This document shows positions 47,140 through 56,681 of a stretch of DNA of 64,000 bases, piece after piece. Source of the stretch: Escherichia phage SUT_E1620; sequence record OQ939939; one strand, given 5' to 3'. How positions within the stretch are numbered: position 1 is the stretch's first letter; each line of letters starts with the position of its first letter. The notes under the pieces were generated by a model that had not been told where the DNA came from, ran no database searches, and saw nothing but the letters and a program-made list of their open reading frames with translations. The translations under genes were made by a program, and so were the position numbers.

Positions 47140-47826
47140 TTATTTTTCTACCTTCACACACCCATTATTAATTAAATACTCTTCCGCGACTGTAGCAGAT
47201 ATATCGAAGAATTCAGTACATCCAGCAAATCCTGTATACTTTAACCTATATCCTGAAAAGTATTCATGAGCCTGCTTCTCAATAGCTCTACTTTTAGACT
47301 TGGTACCTATATCTACTGAATAGACACCAAAAATATACAAATCCATTATATTGGAACTTTTAACTATCTCTTTCCTTCGTCTTTCAGGAGAGACACTAAT
47401 TCCTATTTTAGTTCCCATATTACTACACATAATGTATATAAAACCAGGAACACTCCAATCAGTATCACATACAGGACATCCAGAATTCTTATTCTTTACA
47501 TTACCTACTGTAGCTTCCCACGTATGCCCATACTCACATTCAAAAAGGGTTTTAGTAGCATTATTTTTATACTCTCCAATAAGGGTTATACCTCTGCCAC
47601 GTAACTCTTCGTTCACCGAATCTTTGGTAAGCTTTAAAGTACCTGAGCATATTGGACAGCCAGATTTGCTGTTCCTTACATTATTAACCGTAGCTTCCCA
47701 CGTATGACCTATATTACATCTGAACGTACCCTTACTAAGGATTCCTGAATACTCGCTTACTAGCTTAATTCTTCTAGGCTCTAAATCTTTATTGATAGTA
47801 TCTTTATCTAACTTCCTTCGTACCAT
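47140..47826 (-). CDS. T5orf172/GIY-YIG-like putative homing endonuclease with duplicated Zn-binding module
   Basis: 228 aa; two repeats of C.IGHTWEATV.NV.N..SGCP.C; C-terminal GFIYIMC....KIGIS core; sits beside nrdD. Confidence 0.5.
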   Translation of the reverse strand: MVRRKLDKDTINKDLEPRRIKLVSEYSGILSKGTFRCNIGHTWEATVNNVRNSKSGCPICSGTLKLTKDSVNEELRGRGITLIGEYKNNATKTLFECEYGHTWEATVGNVKNKNSGCPVCDTDWSVPGFIYIMCSNMGTKIGISVSPERRRKEIVKSSNIMDLYIFGVYSVDIGTKSKSRAIEKQAHEYFSGYRLKYTGFAGCTEFFDISATVAEEYLINNGCVKVEK

Positions 47827-47843
47827 TTAGTCCTCCTTATACT

Positions 47844-47873
47844 ATTATACACAAATTTTTAGCTCGAAAGCAA
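47844..47873 (-). promoter_or_regulatory. promoter upstream of T5orf172-like endonuclease gene
   Basis: TTGCTT-18-TATAAT on - strand. Confidence 0.4.
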
Positions 47874-47880
47874 ATAAAAT

Positions 47881-47908
47881 AAAAGCCAGGTCGACTAGCA
47901 ACCTGGCT
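47881..47908 (-). terminator. intrinsic terminator after nrdD
   Basis: GCCAGGT-loop-ACCTGGC hairpin followed by TTTTATTTTATTT on - strand. Confidence 0.6.
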
Positions 47909-47914
47909 GATTCA

Positions 47915-49789
47915 TTATTTAGCGCGAATGTCCTGATGTTTCACTCGACCCATAACCTCATGTTGTTTACCTGGGTTAAACGGACGAGCACCTGGATTTC
48001 CAAGATATCCACAAACTCGACGAGTTACCTCAAGAGTCTCAGGATCATGATTGCCACAAATTGGGCATTTGAAACCATCCTCAGAAGCTATAGTTTCACC
48101 CAAGAACCCACATTCCCCACAAGAGTCTACTGGAGTATTAATACCGAAGTAATGAACTTTACTTGCAGCATAGTTAATAACCCATTCCAGTGCATCAGGG
48201 AATCGTTTCATATCCGGTAATTCCACATAGGAAATGCACCCACCAGAAGCAATAGGAGTAAAGTTAGACTCATAATCAAACTTCACATTTGGAGCAACCT
48301 TACGTTCTACATCAAGGTGATGGGAATTAGTGTAATATCCTTTAGCCAGAATATCTTCATGCTCTGGGAAATACTCACGGTCTAGGCGACAGAAGCGATC
48401 ACATAGAGATTCAGATGGTGTAGCATACAGACTATACCCTAATTGAGTCTCTTCCTTCTTCTGATCAGCACGATCACGCATGTATTGTAGCACACGTTGA
48501 ACGAACTTGATACAAGACTCAGACATTGTATCTACATCTTTACCAAACATGAGTTGCAACATTTCGTGGCAGCCAATATATCCTAGGGATACAGAAGCAC
48601 GCTTGTAGAAATGATCAAATACATATTCATCTGGCCCCAGACGTAATCCAAAGGCTCCTGACATATAGAGGATGGGCGCAGCTTTAGCTTGAATGTATTT
48701 TAAGCGATCAACCCTCCACTCCAATGCTTTTAACGCGGTATCCACACGCAGCTCAAGCAGATCGAAGAATAGATCAATATTTCCTTCCGCTTCGATAGCG
48801 ATTCGAGGAAGGTTTACGGAAACAACGCCTAAGTTGTTACGACCAGAAGTTTCACCATCTTCCGCAGCAGCCAGGAATGAACGACAGCCCATAGAGACTT
48901 TGTAGTCCCCCGTAACTTCTACAACCTTATCATAACTGATGTAGTCAGGATACATACGTTCAGCAGTACATTTCATAGCTAACTTCTTGATATCATAGTT
49001 AACATCACCAGGTTTCATGTTTACGCCCTCACGCAAAACAAATACCAGTTTAGGGAAGATAGCTGTACGTTTATTGATACCCAAACCATCCATACGTACT
49101 TCTAGTATTGCTTTCTGTACAAGACGTGCTTCCCAAGAAGTTCCTAGACCAAAACCAAAGGTAATAAACGGACTTTGACCATTAGAGTTGAACATCGTAT
49201 TGATTTCATACTCCAGGCCCTGACAGGCATCGTAAACTTCTTTCTCAGTCATTTCCGTAGCCATTACAGATGCTTTAGCTTCATCCTTAGTCCAACGCTT
49301 TGCAAACGCATGATTCTTATCATAAGACTTACGAACATAAGGAGCCAATACTTCATCTAATCGGTCTACAGAAGTACCCCCATATTGATGTGAACTAACC
49401 TGAGTGATAATCTGAGCTGTGATAGCAGCCGCAGTAGTAATAGAGTTTGGTGTACTGATTTCAGCATTACCAACCTTCATACCATTCTTCAACATATCTT
49501 CCAAAGCAACCAGGCAACAGTTAGTCATACCTAACGCAGCGTAATCAGCATCATGGAAGTGAATATCACCAATCATGTGAGCATTTCGAATCTGGATTGG
49601 CATTTCTTCCAGAATCAGATATTTACTCAATTCCCCTGCAAGCATATCCCTTTGTGTAGGGAAACGTTCTGAGGGCTTATTGGCATTATTAAACAGCAGC
49701 TCTTCATCTGCTGAACCTTCGATAATTTCTTTGCAGTTTCGAATCAAGGACTGCATTCCTTTATACTTTAGTTCTTCATTGCGATTCAT
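47915..49789 (-). CDS. nrdD: anaerobic ribonucleoside-triphosphate reductase (class III)
   Basis: 624 aa; C-terminal glycyl-radical motif RVCGYLG; CPICG Zn site; consensus sigma70 promoter upstream. Confidence 0.85.
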   Translation of the reverse strand: MNRNEELKYKGMQSLIRNCKEIIEGSADEELLFNNANKPSERFPTQRDMLAGELSKYLILEEMPIQIRNAHMIGDIHFHDADYAALGMTNCCLVALEDMLKNGMKVGNAEISTPNSITTAAAITAQIITQVSSHQYGGTSVDRLDEVLAPYVRKSYDKNHAFAKRWTKDEAKASVMATEMTEKEVYDACQGLEYEINTMFNSNGQSPFITFGFGLGTSWEARLVQKAILEVRMDGLGINKRTAIFPKLVFVLREGVNMKPGDVNYDIKKLAMKCTAERMYPDYISYDKVVEVTGDYKVSMGCRSFLAAAEDGETSGRNNLGVVSVNLPRIAIEAEGNIDLFFDLLELRVDTALKALEWRVDRLKYIQAKAAPILYMSGAFGLRLGPDEYVFDHFYKRASVSLGYIGCHEMLQLMFGKDVDTMSESCIKFVQRVLQYMRDRADQKKEETQLGYSLYATPSESLCDRFCRLDREYFPEHEDILAKGYYTNSHHLDVERKVAPNVKFDYESNFTPIASGGCISYVELPDMKRFPDALEWVINYAASKVHYFGINTPVDSCGECGFLGETIASEDGFKCPICGNHDPETLEVTRRVCGYLGNPGARPFNPGKQHEVMGRVKHQDIRAK

Positions 49790-49818
49790 TATACCCTCCT
49801 TCTCTAACTAAGACTACT

Positions 49819-49847
49819 ATTATAACTCATTCGAAGGCGGATGTCAA
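49819..49847 (-). promoter_or_regulatory. consensus sigma70 promoter for nrdD
   Basis: TTGACA-17-TATAAT (both hexamers perfect) then GAAGGAGGG SD. Confidence 0.6.
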
Positions 49848-49898
49848 CAATATTTTACTATAAAGTTCTGTAACATGATCTGAGTCAAAAAATTTTAT

Positions 49899-49927
49899 TT
49901 GCCAACCTCTACTAAAAATAGTATAAT
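49899..49927 (+). promoter_or_regulatory. promoter in divergent nrdD/phoH control region
   Basis: TTGCCA-17-TATAAT. Confidence 0.45.
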
Positions 49928-50039
49928 CACGCATCCGTGTACGCGATATAAAATGATTATCTAGTACCATACATCTCCCAATAAAAGCAAGCAAATTTTT
50001 TATTTAAATGCAATATCATAGGCTTATTTAAAATTGTAG

Positions 50040-50068
50040 TTGCTTTCTCCCGTATATATTGGTATAAT
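50040..50068 (+). promoter_or_regulatory. T5-type promoter for phoH
   Basis: TTGCTT-17-TATAAT. Confidence 0.5.
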
Positions 50069-50141
50069 ATATTTGTAAGTTGATAAACAAGATCTTTTTG
50101 TTGATCCTCTGTTAGCGAAGTACACTATAGGAGTGTTATTT

Positions 50142-50894
50142 ATGGGAAAAGCACGTCAAAAAAGAGAGAACCGCAATGGTTCAAGAAAGCGTGGCAACAA
50201 GTATGAGAGTAACGTAATTCAAGCAGATTTCTCTGGTGATTACGCCAATCCAGTTGCTAAATCCCTAGTTGGTAAAAACCGTGAGCAAAAATCATATATC
50301 AATATGATCAAGAACAACACAGTGACTGTGGGTATTGGTGAACCAGGTACTGGTAAAACCTTTATTCCGTCCGTTCTTGCAGCTCAGGAACTCGTAGACA
50401 TTCACTCAGATATTGAGCAAGTGATCCTCGTGCGTCCGAACGAACCTCTAGGTAAATCTCTTGGTATGCTCCCAGGTGATCTGGCAGAAAAGCTAGAGCC
50501 TTGGTTGGAACCAATAGCCGATGGCATGAAATGGGCAATCGGTGATCACGCCTACAAAGGATATGTCGAACGTCAGAAAATTAAATTCCTGGCTATCGAA
50601 CATGCCCGTGGCCGAACTTTCAACAACTCCTATGTAATTGTCGATGAAGCTCAGAATATCTCCGTTGAAGCAATGATCTGTCTTTTGACTCGTGTAGGAC
50701 AAGATTGTCGTTTAATTATCTGTGGAGATATAGCTCAGAAAGACATCAAGGGTGATTCAGGTCTAGCACTTCTTATGGAAGTCTATGAGAAGTACGAAAA
50801 CTCTCCTTTCTCTATGATCGAACTGATCGACAACGTTCGCTCACCAGAGTCTAAAGCATTCTACGATATCTTTAAGGATATGGGGAAGGTGTAA
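50142..50894 (+). CDS. phoH: PhoH-like ATPase
   Basis: Walker A GEPGTGKTF, Walker B VIVDEAQN; start set at ATG 9 nt after AGGAG (track ORF begins 3 codons earlier at GTG). Confidence 0.8.
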   Translation: MGKARQKRENRNGSRKRGNKYESNVIQADFSGDYANPVAKSLVGKNREQKSYINMIKNNTVTVGIGEPGTGKTFIPSVLAAQELVDIHSDIEQVILVRPNEPLGKSLGMLPGDLAEKLEPWLEPIADGMKWAIGDHAYKGYVERQKIKFLAIEHARGRTFNNSYVIVDEAQNISVEAMICLLTRVGQDCRLIICGDIAQKDIKGDSGLALLMEVYEKYENSPFSMIELIDNVRSPESKAFYDIFKDMGKV

Positions 50895-50895
50895 T

Positions 50896-51138
50896 ATGGG
50901 AAACGTCGTACATCTGCACCGCAAAACTAAGATCCACCGTACTTCATTGAGTGCTGCTAATATGATTACACGTAAGGAAGGGGAAGAAAGTCCTAAGACT
51001 ACCCTAGCGTGGAAAATTGTAGCCTCTAATCCAAATCGGCCTTTCAACTATAATGAACTGAGTACTTCTATAGACATTCTTATGGCTAAGGAAATACGAC
51101 AGAAACTAACTGATATGACCGATAAACTTAAATGGTAA
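50896..51138 (+). CDS. hypothetical protein
   Basis: 80 aa; start overlaps phoH stop; terminator downstream. Confidence 0.35.
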   Translation: MGNVVHLHRKTKIHRTSLSAANMITRKEGEESPKTTLAWKIVASNPNRPFNYNELSTSIDILMAKEIRQKLTDMTDKLKW

Positions 51139-51145
51139 GACAGAC

Positions 51146-51178
51146 GAGCCTGGGTATGAAAATATCCGGGCTCTTTTT
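51146..51178 (+). terminator. intrinsic terminator before nrdA promoter
   Basis: GAGCCTGG-loop-CCGGGCTC hairpin followed by T5. Confidence 0.6.
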
Positions 51179-51194
51179 ATCTGTAAAATTGTAC

Positions 51195-51223
51195 TTGCAA
51201 AATGACTCAAAACAAAGTAGAAT
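51195..51223 (+). promoter_or_regulatory. promoter for nrdA
   Basis: TTGCAA-17-TAGAAT. Confidence 0.5.
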
Positions 51224-51261
51224 ATCTCCTAAATCCTGATAACTACAAAAAGGAAAGCCAA

Positions 51262-53592
51262 ATGAGCCATCGTATAGAAAAAGTAATTAAACGTGACGGT
51301 ACTGTTCAGGACTTTGCTCCTGAAAAACTCAATGATTGGGCTGCATGGGCATGTAAAGATACTGACGTAAGTTGGTCTGCCGTAGTTATGGCTGCCCTGA
51401 AAAATCTACCCAAAGGTGTTGTAGACTCCGATACACTCCAAGATGTGTTAATTAAAGCCGCTGAAGGTCTTATCAAAGACAACCCAGCATATGATACTGT
51501 AGCAAAGGAATTACGTCTTGCGCAGATGCGTAAACGCCTATACGATTCCTTTGAACCTCCTTCTCTGCGTTTCTTCCACGATCATATGGTTCGTGTTGGC
51601 GCCTGGGAAGACATGAGTGCATGGATTAGCGATGATCAGTTTGATGCTCTGAATCAAGTTATTGATCATGATCGCGATCGTTTATTCACCAGTGGTGGGC
51701 TGAAACAGTTCTTCGACAAGTATTCCCGTCGTAATATTGCAACTGGTGAAATTTATGAAACCCCGCAGTTTGCTTACATGGGTATGGCAATGGCGATGTT
51801 ATCTCAACCTAACTGGACAATTCTAGATGCAATCGACCTCTACAATGCAATGTCGCTCCACAAAATCAACGTTCCTACGCCGCCACTGGTTGGCCTGCGC
51901 TCTAGTGACCGTGGATTTGCTAGTTGCTGTCTCGTGGATTCCACTGACACGCTGGATTCAATCGACACAGCCGAGCACATCGTCTTCAAAATGGTCGCAG
52001 CCAGAGCGGGAATCGGGTATCATCTTGAAAGCCGATCAATTGCTGATCCGGTGCGAAATGGGGCATTCCCGCATTCCGGAAAACTGCCATATTATCGACA
52101 CATTGACCGATCAGTAAAAGCTAACACTCAGCAAACCCGTGGCGGTTCTGCTACTGTGTCTTATCCATACTTCGATCCTGAAATCATTCAGTTGATGCAG
52201 GTTAAGCAGCAACGTGCTACAGACGAGAATAAAATCGATAAGATGGATTACTCTCTGAGCTTTAACAACCTTCTATTAAAACGTTACCTGAAAAACGAAG
52301 ATATTACGCTAATGTCCTACTTCTACGCACCAGAAGTTCATGAAGCGTTTTATGGCGAAGATGAGGCTAAGTTTGAAGAAATCTACGTGGCAGCGGAGAA
52401 ACGTGTGGCTTCTCTTACAAAGATCGACCACGAAGGAAAAACAATTCCAGCAGCTCCTAGAATCTCTGCAAAAGAAATCCTAGATACTTGGTTACGTATC
52501 CGTATGGAAACAGGGCGTATGTATGCTCATCACATTGGTGAATCTAACCGTCATGGTAACTTCCTTGACCCGATTCGTATGACCAACCTTTGTGTTGAAA
52601 TTACTCAGCCAACCCGTCCATTCCATCACATTACGGAGCTGTATAAGACCCAAGATCAGTTAGACGATATGCGTCCAGAAGATATTGGTGAAGTATCTCT
52701 GTGTAACTTAGGTGGTGTTGTACTAGGTCGTATGGAATCTCTGGCTGAATGGGAGAAAACTTGCTACATTCTTCTGAAATTCGTTGATACAATCATCGAG
52801 ATTCAGGATTACCCATTCCCAACTATGGAGTACACGGCTAAGAAACGTCGTAACGTTGGTATTGGTCTGATGAACGCAGCAGGTGCAATGGCAGCAGAAG
52901 GTTTGGCTTACGAAGGTGTTGAAGCCCGTAACTGGATTCACCGTGAAGCTGAAAAGCTGTCCTACTTCCTACATAAAGCCTCTGTACGTCTGGCTAAAGA
53001 ACAAGGTGCATGTGACTGGTTTAATCGTACTAAGCCTTCGCAAGGAACTCTGGTAATCGACACGTACAAGAAAACTGTTGATGAACTGGTAACTGTAGGT
53101 CTAGAAATGGATTGGGAATCTCTGCGTGCAGATATTCTGAAATATGGTATGCGCAACTCTGTTCTTACTGCTCAGATGCCAGGTGAAAGTTCCTCTGTAC
53201 TGCTAGGTGTTACTAACTCTATCGAACCGCCCCGTAAGATCGTATCTATCAAGGGTAGTGCAGTGAATAAAGTAATTGCAATTGCTCCAGGTGCAACTGA
53301 TTGGGATACATTAATGAGCTATAAACTGGCTTATGATGTAGATCGTATCGAGTGGATCAAATGGGTAGCAACCATGCAGAAATTCTTCAGCCAGTCTATC
53401 AGTACGAATATGTACTATGACTACACCAAGTTCGAGAATGAAATCATTCCCGGCCCAGTAGTAGTTCGTGACTTTATGACTGCTGTTAAGTACGGTTGGA
53501 AAACTTGGTACTACGCTAACTTCAACACTGAAAATGGTGGTGGAGCTGGTGAAGAAGCAGCAGGTTGTGCATCAGGTGGTTGTAACCTATAA
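51262..53592 (+). CDS. nrdA: ribonucleoside-diphosphate reductase large subunit (class Ia) with ATP cone
   Basis: ATP-cone N-terminus; start set at internal ATG after AAGGAAA because the track start at 51202 lies inside the promoter spacer. Confidence 0.85.
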   Translation: MSHRIEKVIKRDGTVQDFAPEKLNDWAAWACKDTDVSWSAVVMAALKNLPKGVVDSDTLQDVLIKAAEGLIKDNPAYDTVAKELRLAQMRKRLYDSFEPPSLRFFHDHMVRVGAWEDMSAWISDDQFDALNQVIDHDRDRLFTSGGLKQFFDKYSRRNIATGEIYETPQFAYMGMAMAMLSQPNWTILDAIDLYNAMSLHKINVPTPPLVGLRSSDRGFASCCLVDSTDTLDSIDTAEHIVFKMVAARAGIGYHLESRSIADPVRNGAFPHSGKLPYYRHIDRSVKANTQQTRGGSATVSYPYFDPEIIQLMQVKQQRATDENKIDKMDYSLSFNNLLLKRYLKNEDITLMSYFYAPEVHEAFYGEDEAKFEEIYVAAEKRVASLTKIDHEGKTIPAAPRISAKEILDTWLRIRMETGRMYAHHIGESNRHGNFLDPIRMTNLCVEITQPTRPFHHITELYKTQDQLDDMRPEDIGEVSLCNLGGVVLGRMESLAEWEKTCYILLKFVDTIIEIQDYPFPTMEYTAKKRRNVGIGLMNAAGAMAAEGLAYEGVEARNWIHREAEKLSYFLHKASVRLAKEQGACDWFNRTKPSQGTLVIDTYKKTVDELVTVGLEMDWESLRADILKYGMRNSVLTAQMPGESSSVLLGVTNSIEPPRKIVSIKGSAVNKVIAIAPGATDWDTLMSYKLAYDVDRIEWIKWVATMQKFFSQSISTNMYYDYTKFENEIIPGPVVVRDFMTAVKYGWKTWYYANFNTENGGGAGEEAAGCASGGCNL

Positions 53593-53600
53593 TAAAAACA

Positions 53601-53626
53601 AGGAGATCTTCGGGTCTCCTTTTTTC
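53601..53626 (+). terminator. intrinsic terminator after nrdA
   Basis: AGGAGATC-TTCG-GGTCTCCT hairpin followed by T6. Confidence 0.7.
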
Positions 53627-53630
53627 TTTG

Positions 53631-53659
53631 AAATTTTACTTGCTAATCGCTACCAGATT
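53631..53659 (+). promoter_or_regulatory. T5-type promoter for nrdB-frd-thyA
   Basis: TTGCTA-17-TATAAT. Confidence 0.55.
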
Positions 53660-53699
53660 TGCTATAATATTCCTGAAATAGTGAGAAAGAGGAAAATCA

Positions 53700-54845
53700 A
53701 TGACTACTTTACTAAACCTGAATTGGGATCATACTAACGCTGACCTTTTCCTGGGCGATTCTCTTGGTATCGCAGATTACGTTCGTGTAGCACATCCTGA
53801 ACTTGAGCGTCTAGCACTTCTGCAACGTTCTCAATTTTGGACTGAAACTGAAATCAGTCTGGAAGCCGATAAGAAACAATGGCCAAACCTTCCGCGTGAT
53901 ATTCAGGAAATTACTCTCCTGAACTTAGCATGGCAGACCCAAACAGATTCTTTCATTAGCCGTGCTCCTGAAGCAGCTATTATGCCGCTTGTAAGCCGTC
54001 CTGAATTGGAGGGTATGCTCAAGCAGTGGAGCTACTTCGAAGATCTGCACAGCCGTGCGTATAGTAATATTATTCGTAACGTTCTGACTGATCCAGCAGA
54101 ATTTATTGATTCTGTAACTAAAAACCAAGAAGCATTTGCACGTATCGCAGATTCTGTTGAACTGTTTGATGAATTGTATCTGTTAGGTCAGTATTTCCTT
54201 GCAGTACGTAATCATCGTGGTGATAATACTTATCCAGAAACTGAGTTCCCTGAAGTTAAACGTGAAACTCAGGCTAAGCTGTTAGATGCTTACTTTGCAA
54301 TCTACGGTCTGGAAGCAATGCAGTTCTACGCATCCTTTGCATGTACCTTTGCTCTAGCAGAGAACGATATTCTGCAAGGTATTGCTAAGAACCTGCAATT
54401 AATCGCTAAAGATGAAGCTCTACATACTCAAATGTCTAAAGCTATCATCCAGATTATGTTCCAGCAGTTTGATAAAGATCTGGTAGACGAAGCATTAGCT
54501 AAAGCACCAGCACAACTCCTAAAAACTCTGAAAACTGAGATTGAATGGGGCCACTTTATCTTTAAAGGCCGCAGTCTGATTGGTTTGAACGCAGAATTGC
54601 TTGAAGAATACCTTTACTTTGTAGGACGTAACGCATTTATGCACATTGGTGTAGAATGGCCAAACCACTTACCTGTAATTACTAAGAATCCGATTCCGTG
54701 GATCATGAACTGGTTGGATACTACTTCTCTACAACCTGCTCCGCAAGAGATTCAGATTGGTGCAGCCTACCGCGTAGGTCAAGTCACAGAAACCTCTGCT
54801 GATACTCTGAAAGATCTTGGCAACGAATTTGAGGGTATGTTCTAA
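53700..54845 (+). CDS. nrdB: ribonucleoside-diphosphate reductase small subunit
   Basis: 381 aa; ferritin-like di-iron ligands (E..H pairs); own promoter. Confidence 0.85.
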   Translation: MTTLLNLNWDHTNADLFLGDSLGIADYVRVAHPELERLALLQRSQFWTETEISLEADKKQWPNLPRDIQEITLLNLAWQTQTDSFISRAPEAAIMPLVSRPELEGMLKQWSYFEDLHSRAYSNIIRNVLTDPAEFIDSVTKNQEAFARIADSVELFDELYLLGQYFLAVRNHRGDNTYPETEFPEVKRETQAKLLDAYFAIYGLEAMQFYASFACTFALAENDILQGIAKNLQLIAKDEALHTQMSKAIIQIMFQQFDKDLVDEALAKAPAQLLKTLKTEIEWGHFIFKGRSLIGLNAELLEEYLYFVGRNAFMHIGVEWPNHLPVITKNPIPWIMNWLDTTSLQPAPQEIQIGAAYRVGQVTETSADTLKDLGNEFEGMF

Positions 54846-55375
54846 TGATAGCAGCAATCTATGCAACTGGGCCGAATGGGGAGTTCGGCCTCAATGGTAA
54901 ACTCCCTTGGGGTTCTTTCAAAGAAGAACTAAATACTTTTTATGCTACTTTGGATTCTCTAGCACCTGATAATATTATTGTAGGAGCAGGAACTTGGTTA
55001 GCCTTCCCTGAGACTCTGCAAAAAAGAATACTAGGAGATTCTGACCTATTTATTTATGCAAATAGACCACTACCTAACTCTGTAGGATCAGCTACACGCA
55101 TAAGCAACATTGGATACCGTCTGCCTGATTTTCTCAAGGAAGAGGTAACTGTAGTATTAGGGGGAGCAACTCTGCTTCTTGAAATGTATGTCAAAAATCA
55201 TCTAGATATGGCGTATATCTCTACTATTACTTCAGCCACACCATTATCTGCTGATGTACATCTACATCATCATATTACTTTAACTAATTCAATGGCAACT
55301 AGAATGGACTATGTGGCAGGACAGAATGCAGATAAAACGCTTTCATTCTTACAAGAATTGGTGATATTTAAATGA
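54845..55375 (+). CDS. frd: dihydrofolate reductase
   Basis: 176 aa; N-terminal [21 protein letters not shown]; coupled to nrdB and thyA. Confidence 0.7.
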   Translation: MIAAIYATGPNGEFGLNGKLPWGSFKEELNTFYATLDSLAPDNIIVGAGTWLAFPETLQKRILGDSDLFIYANRPLPNSVGSATRISNIGYRLPDFLKEEVTVVLGGATLLLEMYVKNHLDMAYISTITSATPLSADVHLHHHITLTNSMATRMDYVAGQNADKTLSFLQELVIFK

Positions 55376-56226
55376 AGCAATATATTGAAACTGGAAAACG
55401 TATTCTTGAAGAGGGTGTATGGGTAACGAATCCTAGAACAGGGGTTCGTTGCCTAACCATTATTGATGCAGACTTTACCTTTAACGTAGGAGCAGGAGAA
55501 CTGCCGCTAGTAACTACTCGTAAAGCATTTGCTAAACAAGCAATAATGGAAATGATCGGATATCTCCGTGGGTACGACTCAGCAGCACAATTCCGCGCTA
55601 TTGGTGTTAATACATGGAATGCTAATGCAAATGAAAATATTGCTTGGCTAGGTAATCCATTCCGTAAAGGCGAGGATGATATGGGACGAGTCTATGGTGT
55701 TCAAGGACGTCATTGGACTAATTCTGATGGTATGGTATTTGATCAGTTAGCCAAAGTCTATCATAATTTGAAAAGAGGGATTGACGATCGTGGAGAAATT
55801 TTAACTTTTTGGAACCCTGGGGAATTTCGTAAAGGATGCCTACGTCCGTGTATGCATACCCATCAATTCTCTATTTTAGGTGATACACTATACCTAAACT
55901 CTTTCCAGAGGTCTAATGATTTCTTGCTGGGCCAAGTATTTAATATGGTGCAATGCTATGCACTTCTAGCTATTATGGCACAGATTACAGGTCTTAAGCC
56001 AGGTATTGCTCGTCAAAAGATTATTAATCTTCATATCTATGAAGATCAGTATAATGTTCTGATGGAGCACAAGCAATTCGATCGTGAACCTTTTGCATCT
56101 CCTACTTTAGAAATCAATCCAAATATTAGAACTTTGGATGATGTATTAACGTGGGTAAGTAAGGATGATTTTACTGTTCGTGGCTATGAACACCATCCTG
56201 CTATTGCATATCCATTTACGGTGTAA
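55372..56226 (+). CDS. thyA: thymidylate synthase
   Basis: 284 aa; catalytic Cys in [10 protein letters not shown]; TS fold motifs. Confidence 0.8.
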   Translation: MKQYIETGKRILEEGVWVTNPRTGVRCLTIIDADFTFNVGAGELPLVTTRKAFAKQAIMEMIGYLRGYDSAAQFRAIGVNTWNANANENIAWLGNPFRKGEDDMGRVYGVQGRHWTNSDGMVFDQLAKVYHNLKRGIDDRGEILTFWNPGEFRKGCLRPCMHTHQFSILGDTLYLNSFQRSNDFLLGQVFNMVQCYALLAIMAQITGLKPGIARQKIINLHIYEDQYNVLMEHKQFDREPFASPTLEINPNIRTLDDVLTWVSKDDFTVRGYEHHPAIAYPFTV

Positions 56227-56229
56227 CAT

Positions 56230-56583
56230 ATGTTAATTATACTATTATTTGTCATATTCTTTCTAAAACATTTTATGGCCGATTATCCACTCCAAACACC
56301 ATATATGCTAGGAAAGACGCATAAAATAGGGTGGAAACTTCCATTATTAACCCATTCGCTAGTACATGCTGGATTAACATTTGCAATTCTAATCCTATTC
56401 ACATCACCAGGAATGTCTATAGCTTTAGCTATTATGGAATTAATTCTACACTTTATTATAGATTATTGGAAAGCACAACGCTGCAAATACGCTATAAGCG
56501 ATGCTAAGTTTTGGATAGCTTTAGGATTTGATCAGTTACTGCATTATCTGACATACGCCCTAATAATCTTGATTATAATCTAA
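56230..56583 (+). CDS. small integral membrane protein
   Basis: 117 aa; three to four hydrophobic helices; terminator downstream. Confidence 0.45.
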   Translation: MLIILLFVIFFLKHFMADYPLQTPYMLGKTHKIGWKLPLLTHSLVHAGLTFAILILFTSPGMSIALAIMELILHFIIDYWKAQRCKYAISDAKFWIALGFDQLLHYLTYALIILIII

Positions 56584-56588
56584 TTCAA

Positions 56589-56613
56589 ATAGCCCTTCGG
56601 GGCTATTATATTT
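56589..56613 (+). terminator. intrinsic terminator after membrane-protein gene
   Basis: ATAGCCC-TTCG-GGGCTAT hairpin followed by TATATTT. Confidence 0.55.
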
Positions 56614-56632
56614 AAATTTCATTTGCTTACTG

Positions 56633-56661
56633 AGTGAAATTCAAATATAATATACTTCTAA
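56633..56661 (+). promoter_or_regulatory. T5-type promoter for HslV-like gene
   Basis: TTGCTT-17-TATAAT. Confidence 0.5.
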
Positions 56662-56681
56662 TTTGACAGAAGGATTTAATA

